Shown: piece by piece, positions 8,616-14,433 of the stretch
How the letters are laid out: each line of letters begins with the position of its first letter
Position numbering within the stretch: the first letter of the stretch is position 1
Source of the DNA: Mucispirillaceae bacterium
GTDB lineage: Bacteria; Chrysiogenota; Deferribacteres; Deferribacterales; Mucispirillaceae
Length of the DNA: 14,433 nucleotides
Direction of reading: 5' to 3'
Assembly: GCA_045538075.1 (NCBI GenBank)
Contig: JAZSQT010000087.1
Span: 1-14,433 of the forward strand
Made by a program: the position numbers and the translations under genes
Notes under the pieces: model-generated
Seen by the model: the letters and a program-made list of their open reading frames with translations, nothing else
Told to the model about the DNA's origin: nothing
Databases searched by the model: none

Positions 8616-8883
8616 TAACCTCTTCTTTAAAAATTTGACTAGGGCGAAAAACGACTACAGTTCTTGGAGGAATAACTTTTTCTTCTCCTGTTTTTGGATT
8701 TCTACCAATTCTTCTGCCACGTTTTTTTACATCAAAATTGCCAAATCCAGATATTTTAACGCTATTTCCGTCTAAAATATCACAACGGATTCTATCAAAA
8801 ACATCATCAACAACTTGAGCAATAACTTTTTTTGTAAGTCCAAATTTATCATGGATACTTTCAACTATGTCTGCTTTTGTCAT
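8608..8883 (-). CDS. ihfA: Integration host factor alpha-like / HU-family DNA-binding protein
   Basis: The ORF track gives 8608..8913 with a TTG start. I place the start at the ATG at 8883 (MTKADIVESIHDKFGLTKK...), which has a GGAGGA RBS 7 nt upstream. The sequence GFGNFDVKKRGRRIGRNPKTGEEKVIPPRTVVVFRPSQ matches the IHF-alpha arm (GFGNF...GRNPKTGE...FRPGQ). Confidence 0.85.
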   Translation of the reverse strand: MTKADIVESIHDKFGLTKKVIAQVVDDVFDRIRCDILDGNSVKISGFGNFDVKKRGRRIGRNPKTGEEKVIPPRTVVVFRPSQIFKEEVNE

Positions 8884-8912
8884 ATCTGAGTCCTCCACAT
8901 AATATATTAACA

Positions 8913-8940
8913 ATTGTAAACAGAATATTTAAATTGTCAA
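8913..8940 (-). promoter_or_regulatory. Strong sigma-70-like promoter for the ihfA-merR pair (TTGACA, 16-nt spacer, TACAAT)
   Basis: On the minus strand, TTGACA (8940-8935) and TACAAT (8918-8913) are separated by a 16-nt spacer. The -10 lies about 30 nt upstream of the ihfA ATG at 8883. This promoter sits inside the N-terminal extension the ORF track assigned to the gene. Confidence 0.55.
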
Positions 8941-8971
8941 GAAGTTAGATTTATGAAATATTATTAAAATT

Positions 8972-9916
8972 TTATTTTTCTCTGATTATTTTAATAGTTT
9001 TATTCATAATATTACTTGATTCAGCTATTTTTTTTGCAGAATCAAGAGAAATACAACATAAACTGACAGTATAAATATTATTATTTTCTTCTTCTAATCT
9101 AATTACTGATTGAATATTATGTTCTTTTGCAAAAGTAATTGCTTCTTCTTTATCTTTAAAATCTCTTACTTTTTCAACATTTTTTCCACCTATAACTAAT
9201 TTTGATTCAGGTGAAAGTCTATAAACTCGCCAATATACGTTGTAGTTTTTAATAGATTCTTTAATTTCAGATGTAACTCTATATTCAGAAGCTAAACTAT
9301 TAATAGTGTCAAACTGAGTATTATCAATATCTTCAAATAATATTGAATATTTCTTTTCTACAGGTGTAGCTTTAGTAGCAGGAGTAGGTGGCTTTATATT
9401 TTCTTTTTTATTTTCTACTGGTTTATCAACTTTAGCAACTTGTTTTTCTTCTAGTTTTTTTTCTTCTTCAACTTTTGGTATATATTCTTTTCTTGCAGCA
9501 ATTAATGCTTCAGTTGCTTCTTTTTCATCTTTATCAGATTTATTTTTTTCAATCTCATTTTGTTGAATTTGAGCTTGTTTTGCTTTTGCTTCATCAATTG
9601 AGATTGGTGCTGCTTCATCTGCAAATTCAAAAATTTGCACTTTAACGTAACCTAACTTTTCTTCCGTAGAACGTAAATCTGCTTTTGGAGGTTCTTTCGG
9701 AAGAATAACTTCTAAAGCAGTATCTGATAACTGTTTACCTACGAATATACCAACTGGAACAGTTATTGCAATAGCCAACAACATGAGTAAAAAAACTTTT
9801 TTACCCTTACTCGTTTCTTTTGCTTTAGTTTTTCTAACTTTTCTACTATTAAGATATTCTCTATTTATATCTGCAAGAGATTTATCGTAATAGTTGTATA
9901 AATTTAAGTTACTCAT
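8972..9916 (-). CDS. Membrane-anchored protein with a K/E-rich linker and a possible C-terminal SPOR-like domain
   Basis: 314 aa. The order is cytoplasmic N-terminus, a single TM (VFLLMLLAIAITVPVGIFVG), a long charged low-complexity linker (EEKKLEEKQVAKVDKPVENKKENIKPPTPATKATPVEKK), then a C-terminal region (...DKEEAITFAKEHNIQSVIRLEEENNNIYTVSLCCISLDSAKKIAES). That tail loosely resembles a SPOR peptidoglycan-binding fold. It starts 6 nt after the stop of the EF-G2 gene on the same strand. Confidence 0.5.
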   Translation of the reverse strand: MSNLNLYNYYDKSLADINREYLNSRKVRKTKAKETSKGKKVFLLMLLAIAITVPVGIFVGKQLSDTALEVILPKEPPKADLRSTEEKLGYVKVQIFEFADEAAPISIDEAKAKQAQIQQNEIEKNKSDKDEKEATEALIAARKEYIPKVEEEKKLEEKQVAKVDKPVENKKENIKPPTPATKATPVEKKYSILFEDIDNTQFDTINSLASEYRVTSEIKESIKNYNVYWRVYRLSPESKLVIGGKNVEKVRDFKDKEEAITFAKEHNIQSVIRLEEENNNIYTVSLCCISLDSAKKIAESSNIMNKTIKIIREK

Positions 9917-9922
9917 CTATCT

Positions 9923-11998
9923 CTAATTATTTTGATTTTTTTCTTTCTTTGTTGCAATAAGTTTTTCAGCTAAATGAGTCGGTAACTCTTCGTAATGATT
10001 AAATTCCATTGTAAACATTCCATGTCCACCAGTCATACTTCTTAAATCTGGTGCGTATTTTAAGATTTCTGACATTGGAACATTTGCAGATATATGTTGA
10101 CCTGTAGTTTGAGGTTCAACATTATTAATCCTTCCTCTTCGTGAATTTAAATCACCAATAACTGCTCCTACGTATTGTTCTGGACAATATACATCAATAT
10201 TCATTATTGGTTCAAGTATAACAGGCTTAGCTTCAATAGCAATTTTTTTATACGCCATAGATGCTGCAATTTTAAATGCCATTTCAGATGAATCTACTGA
10301 ATGGTATGAGCCATCGTAAATTGTTGCTTTAAAATCAACCATAGGGTATCCAGCTAATATACCTTCTAATGCTGCTTCTTTAATACCTTTTTCAACGGCA
10401 GGAATAAAGTTTCTTGGAACAACTCCTCCAACTATTTTATCTTCAAATTCAAAGCCACTTCCACGTTCTTTTGGAGAAAGTTCAAGCCAAACATCTCCAT
10501 ACTGACCTTTGCCTCCAGATTGTTTTTTATATTTACCTTGTCCAGATGCAGTTGCTCTAATAGTTTCCATATATGGAACTTTTGGCGTTTTTAATTCTAC
10601 TTGCACATTAAATTTCTTCATTAACTTATCAACTACAACTTCTATGTGCATTTGTCCCATACCAGATAATAAAAGTTCTCCAGTTTGTTCATCTCTTTTT
10701 AAAGAAAGTCCTTTATCTTCTTCTATTAATCTATTAAGACCTGATGAAACTTTATCTTCATCACCTTTAGTTTTTGGTGCAATAGAAAAGGCTATAACTG
10801 GGTCTTGAAGCTCAACAGTAGGAAATTCTACTTGGTCTATATATGAAGATAGTGTATCAAAAGTTTCAGAATAGCGAAGTTTTGTAGTCATTCCTATTTG
10901 ACCAGCTACAAGTTCGTCTGTTTTAACGAAATTTTTGCCTTGTAGTGTATATAATTGAGAAATTTTCTCTTTTTCGTCTTTGTTAACGTTTAATATTTCA
11001 GAGTCATTTTTTATAGAACCAGAATATACTCTAAAGATAGTAAGTTTTCCTGCAAAAGGGTCAATAAATGTTTTAAAAATGAATGCAGAAAATTCCTTAT
11101 CAGAGGCAGTAACATCAACAGGCTCACCAGATTTTTTATCTATAGCAAAAGTTGCTCCTCTTTGAATAGGTGATGGTAAATAATCAATAATTGCTTCAAG
11201 AAGTAATTTTGAACCGATGTTTTTTATTGCAGATCCACAAATTACTGGAACAAATCTTTTAGTAACAACGCCTTCTTTTAATCCTTTTTTAATCTCATCT
11301 TCTGTAAGTTCACCAGTTTCAAGATATTTTTCAATTAAAGCGTCATCAGTTTCAGAAACTGCTTCAAGAAGTTTATTTCTATATTTTTCTGCTTCATTCA
11401 ATAATTCAGATGGTATTTCTTCAATAGAATACATTGCTGTAGGTTCTGCTGGATACATAAGAGCTTTCATACGAACAAGATCTATTATGCCTTTAAAATT
11501 TTCTTCTTTTCCTATAGGAAGAAATATTGGCAATGGATTAATACTAAAAGATTTTTCTATATCTCCTAAAGCATTATAAAAATCTGCATATTCTTTATCC
11601 ATTTTATTGATAAAAATAAGTTTAGAAAGTCCATATTCATCTGCATAATTCCAAACTCGTTTCGTTTCTGCTTTAACTCCAGTAATAGCTGAAGCAATAA
11701 TGACAGCACCATCAACTGCTGATAAAGCACATTTAGTTTCATGAAGAAAATTAGCATATCCAGGAGTATCTACTATGTTTAATAAAGTTTTATTCCATAC
11801 TACAGATGCAACTTTAGCATTAGTTGAAAATTTTCTTTCAATTTCAACTGGATCAAAATCCATAACACTCGTTCCAGCATCAACACTACCAATACGTTGT
11901 GTTCCTCCGGCATTATATAAAATAGCTTCAATTAAACTCGTTTTGCCAGCGCCACCGTGTGAAATAAATGCTACATTACGAATAGAACTCGTCTCCAT
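9923..11998 (-). CDS. Elongation factor G paralog (EF-G2 type translational GTPase)
   Basis: 691 aa. The P-loop is AFISHGGAGKTSL, the G3 motif is VDTPGYANF and the G4 motif is NKMD. EF-G domains II-V are recognisable (e.g. PMVDFKATIYDGSYHSVDSSEMAFKIA). The P-loop resembles EF-G2 paralogs such as Thermus GHAGSGKTT rather than canonical EF-G AHIDAGKTT. An AGGAGG RBS lies upstream. Confidence 0.85.
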   Translation of the reverse strand: METSSIRNVAFISHGGAGKTSLIEAILYNAGGTQRIGSVDAGTSVMDFDPVEIERKFSTNAKVASVVWNKTLLNIVDTPGYANFLHETKCALSAVDGAVIIASAITGVKAETKRVWNYADEYGLSKLIFINKMDKEYADFYNALGDIEKSFSINPLPIFLPIGKEENFKGIIDLVRMKALMYPAEPTAMYSIEEIPSELLNEAEKYRNKLLEAVSETDDALIEKYLETGELTEDEIKKGLKEGVVTKRFVPVICGSAIKNIGSKLLLEAIIDYLPSPIQRGATFAIDKKSGEPVDVTASDKEFSAFIFKTFIDPFAGKLTIFRVYSGSIKNDSEILNVNKDEKEKISQLYTLQGKNFVKTDELVAGQIGMTTKLRYSETFDTLSSYIDQVEFPTVELQDPVIAFSIAPKTKGDEDKVSSGLNRLIEEDKGLSLKRDEQTGELLLSGMGQMHIEVVVDKLMKKFNVQVELKTPKVPYMETIRATASGQGKYKKQSGGKGQYGDVWLELSPKERGSGFEFEDKIVGGVVPRNFIPAVEKGIKEAALEGILAGYPMVDFKATIYDGSYHSVDSSEMAFKIAASMAYKKIAIEAKPVILEPIMNIDVYCPEQYVGAVIGDLNSRRGRINNVEPQTTGQHISANVPMSEILKYAPDLRSMTGGHGMFTMEFNHYEELPTHLAEKLIATKKEKNQNN

Positions 11999-12259
11999 AA
12001 AATCCTCCTATATGCTAATTTATAATTTTAAAGATTGTTTTAAGATTCTATAAACTGCTCCAGCTTAAAATATACTTAATTACATACTAACAGTAATTTT
12101 TTATTTTAACAAGTTTTTTTACTTAATATTGATAGCTATTTATAAAGATACATCATGAGTGGAACAAATTTTAAATTTATACATCTTTACTTTTAAAGAA
12201 AATATATTATATTCTTTAAATTATATATTAAGTTAGTGTTCTTAAAGAGGGAGTATTTA

Positions 12260-13285
12260 ATGAGTCAAAATAATCCTTGGGGAGATTCAAAATTTGAATT
12301 TCCGTGGAAGTTTAAAAAGAAACCTACAAATAGCGATAATAATAATCAAAACGTTAGGAAGAAAGAGGCATTCAATATTCCTATATGGTTTGTTATTGTA
12401 ATCATTGTAGGTATTTGGTTAATTACTGGTTTTTATATAGTAAAACCAGATGAGCAAGCAGTAGTAAAAAGATTTGGTAAAGTTATGAGTGTAGCAGGTC
12501 CAGGTCCTCATTTTCATTTTCCTTACCCTATTGAAACAGTTGATAAAGCTGAAGTTACTAAAATCCATAGGATAGAAATAGGTTTTCGTCCATCAAGAGA
12601 TGGTGCAGCAATAGATGTAAAAAATGAGGCACATATGCTTACTGGTGATGAAAATATTGTTAGCGTTAAACTTATAGTCCAATATCAAATTAAAGATGTT
12701 GTAGATTATTTATATAATGTTAGAAATGTTCCATCTACTATCAAAAATGCAGCTCAATCTGCTATTAGAGAAGTTGCAGGTAAAGAAGCAATAGACGAAT
12801 TTCTTACTACTGGGAAAAATCGTATCCAACAAGAAACTTTAGATATTTTACAAGAAATGATGGATAATTATAAAGCAGGTATTAGGATAGTTGCAGTTCA
12901 ACTTTTAGATGTATCTCCTCCTCTTGAAGTTGTAGATGCCTTTAAAGATGTTGCAAGTGCAAGAGAAGATAAAAATCGTTTTATAAATGAAGCAGAAGCA
13001 TACGCAAATGAGATTATACCAAAAGCAAGGGGTCAAGCAGAAACAATGATTCAACAAGCAGAAGCATATAAATCTCAAAAAATAGAACAGGCGACAGGTG
13101 ATGCAGCTCGTTTTGATCAGATTCTTTCTGCTTATAAAAAATCGTCTGATATTACCAAGAAAAGAATGTATATTGAAGCAATGGAAAAAACTCTCGGTAA
13201 AGCTACTGTTAGAGTTTTTGATTCTAATATAAAAAATCTTAATCCTTTTATTGGCACAGATAAAGTATTGGAGCCTAAAAAATGA
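12260..13285 (+). CDS. hflK: FtsH protease modulator HflK
   Basis: The ORF track gives 12236 as start. I prefer the ATG at 12260 (MSQNNPWGDS...) because a GAGGGAG RBS lies 6 nt upstream and NPWG matches the conserved HflK N-terminal tail (the E. coli equivalent is ...DPWG). The protein has a TM helix, an SPFH domain and the HflK C-terminal signature (EAEAYANEIIPKARGQAETMIQQAEAYKSQKIEQATGDAARF...YIEAMEKTLG). Confidence 0.9.
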   Translation: MSQNNPWGDSKFEFPWKFKKKPTNSDNNNQNVRKKEAFNIPIWFVIVIIVGIWLITGFYIVKPDEQAVVKRFGKVMSVAGPGPHFHFPYPIETVDKAEVTKIHRIEIGFRPSRDGAAIDVKNEAHMLTGDENIVSVKLIVQYQIKDVVDYLYNVRNVPSTIKNAAQSAIREVAGKEAIDEFLTTGKNRIQQETLDILQEMMDNYKAGIRIVAVQLLDVSPPLEVVDAFKDVASAREDKNRFINEAEAYANEIIPKARGQAETMIQQAEAYKSQKIEQATGDAARFDQILSAYKKSSDITKKRMYIEAMEKTLGKATVRVFDSNIKNLNPFIGTDKVLEPKK

Positions 13286-14142
13286 AGAAAATAGTTATTT
13301 TACCTATATTACTTATTATTATCATAGTTAGCTTTATATTATGTTGTTTTACTGTAGATGTTACAGAGCAAGCTATAGTTACAAGGTTAGGAAAACCCGT
13401 TAGAACAGTTAGTGAACCAGGATTACATTTTAAATTACCATTTATAGAAAATACTACTTTTTTTAGTAAAAAACTTTTAGATTACGATACTTCTCCATCT
13501 GAGATATTGACTAAAGATAAAAAAACTTTAGTAATAGACAATTATTGTAGATGGTATATTGATGACCCATTAAAATTTTATCTTACGGTGAAAAATGAAG
13601 TTGGGGCTTTTCCTCGTATAGAAGATATTGTTTACTCTGAAATGAGAGTTGAGCTTGCAAGACATGATTTAATTGATGTAATTAACCAAAATCGCAAAGA
13701 AATTATGGAAAATGTTAAAGCTCAAGCAAAGGAAAAAGCTAAAGAGTATGGTATAATTATTCATGATATTAGAGTTAAACGAGCAGATTTGCCTACAGAA
13801 AATGAAAAGGCAGTTTATGCAAGAATGTCAACGGAGCGTCAAAGAATTGCAAAACAATATCGTTCAGAGGGTATGGAAGAAGCTCAGAAAATTAAAGCAA
13901 GAACAGACAAAGAAAGTGCGGTAATTTTAGCAGAAGCCTATAGAAAAGTAGAGACAACTAAAGGTGAGGCAGATGCTAAAGTTATAAAAATTTATGCAGA
14001 TACTTATAGTAAGGATCCATCATTTTTTGAGTTTTATAGGTCTTTAGATGCTTATGAAAAAGTAATTAAAGATGGGACAGAAATTTATATTACAACAGAT
14101 TCATCTTTATTTAGGTTACTTAAAAGTGTTGGAAATAAATAA
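13282..14142 (+). CDS. hflC: FtsH protease modulator HflC
   Basis: 286 aa with an N-terminal TM, an SPFH domain (VTRLGKPVRTVSEPGLHFKLPFIE) and an HflC-like C-terminus. Its start overlaps the hflK stop as ATGA, the typical hflKC coupling. Confidence 0.9.
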   Translation: MKKIVILPILLIIIIVSFILCCFTVDVTEQAIVTRLGKPVRTVSEPGLHFKLPFIENTTFFSKKLLDYDTSPSEILTKDKKTLVIDNYCRWYIDDPLKFYLTVKNEVGAFPRIEDIVYSEMRVELARHDLIDVINQNRKEIMENVKAQAKEKAKEYGIIIHDIRVKRADLPTENEKAVYARMSTERQRIAKQYRSEGMEEAQKIKARTDKESAVILAEAYRKVETTKGEADAKVIKIYADTYSKDPSFFEFYRSLDAYEKVIKDGTEIYITTDSSLFRLLKSVGNK

Positions 14143-14145
14143 ATA

Positions 14146-14180
14146 TAATGCCGTTAGATATACGGCATTATATATTATCT
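14146..14180 (+). terminator. Probable intrinsic terminator after hflC
   Basis: 9-bp stem TAATGCCGT (14146-14154) / ACGGCATTA (14162-14170) with loop TAGATAT, followed by an AU-rich tail (TATATTATCTT). There is no clean U-run. Confidence 0.45.
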
Positions 14181-14190
14181 TGGGGTTATA

Positions 14191-14433
14191 GTGGCACGAT
14201 TAATTTTTTTTGGTTCACTATTTCTTTTTTTGTTAGTTGGAGTTTTTTGCTTAATATTTCTTGATGTTAGTAATATTAAAGGTAGTGTAGTTGATACTGA
14301 TAATTCTAATATAGATAATACGTATGATAAATTTGTGATTAAAGTTGATTTTCAAATTCGTAATATTCTTTCTCGTATTTCAAAAGATTGTTTAAGTGGA
14401 AATTATGAATGTATTACGATAAAAGCATATAAT
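14191..14433 (+). CDS. Hypothetical membrane-anchored protein (5' part; continues beyond the window)
   Basis: Not in the ORF track because it is truncated. The open frame runs from the GTG at 14191 to the window end: VARLIFFGSLFLFLLVGVFCLIFLDVSNIKGSVVDTDNSNIDNTYDKFVIKVDFQIRNILSRISKDCLSGNYECITIKAYN. It has an N-terminal TM helix followed by a soluble region. The start codon is uncertain (GTG or nearby TTG, with a weak GGGG RBS). Confidence 0.4.
   Translation, partial: MARLIFFGSLFLFLLVGVFCLIFLDVSNIKGSVVDTDNSNIDNTYDKFVIKVDFQIRNILSRISKDCLSGNYECITIKAYN

Noticed and set aside
8972-9916. Calling the 314-aa protein a definite SPOR-domain cell-division protein (FtsN or DamX-like)
   Set aside because: Only the last 50 or so residues loosely resemble the SPOR consensus. 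Without an HMM score I keep it as a possible SPOR-like protein only.
10509-12053. A cluster of short ORFs (99, 61, 120, 63 and 92 aa) overlapping the EF-G2 gene on the opposite strand or in alternative frames
   Set aside because: All lie within the EF-G2 coding region, which has clear GTPase motifs in its own frame. The 11775..12053 ORF would also run antisense through the EF-G2 start and RBS. None has a convincing RBS or a recognisable domain.
12155-12196. 13-codon mini-ORF (MSGTNFKFIHLYF) in the EF-G2 / hflK intergenic region
   Set aside because: It has no Shine-Dalgarno and no features of a leader peptide or attenuator. It is too short to support.
1-14433. Mobile element, CRISPR array, tRNA/rRNA, or defence-system genes
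   Set aside because: I saw no direct or inverted repeat arrays, no transposase or integrase-like ORFs, no GC-rich tRNA-like stems in this AT-rich background, and no nuclease, methylase or ATPase combinations typical of defence islands. Every gene has a plausible housekeeping assignment.

Overview
This window is a very AT-rich (over 70% A+T by eye), densely packed chromosomal segment from a flagellated bacterium, and it looks like core genome rather than an accessory island. I can support 15 protein-coding genes, 12 of them complete in the ORF track, two recovered partial genes at the window edges (yicC-like on the minus strand at the left edge, a membrane-anchored ORF on the plus strand at the right edge), and a recognisable ihfA whose track start needed refining. 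They are a YicC-family protein (partial), a stomatin-like SPFH protein, bifunctional CoaBC, a fliD-fliS flagellar cap/chaperone pair, a HAD-family hydrolase, a small 4-TM protein, a PHP-family phosphoesterase, a translationally coupled ihfA-like and short MerR-like pair, an EF-G2-type translational GTPase paralog co-transcribed with a membrane-anchored protein, HflK, HflC and a partial membrane-anchored ORF. I found no rRNA, tRNA, CRISPR array, IS element, integrase or toxin-antitoxin pair, and nothing I can honestly call a self-contained novel system. Five points deserve a second look. First, fliD encodes an unusually long cap protein (947 aa) with three 'IN'-type internal repeats; it sits as an isolated two-gene flagellar module among housekeeping genes and carries a sigma-28-type promoter match. 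Second, the EF-G2 paralog is tightly linked to a TM-anchored, possibly SPOR-like protein. Third, three SPFH-family genes lie within 14 kb. Fourth, two convergent gene pairs physically overlap with no terminator between them. Fifth, three ORF-track start codons (SPFH, ihfA, hflK) are probably called too far upstream. All family assignments come from reading motifs in the translations. No database searches were run.
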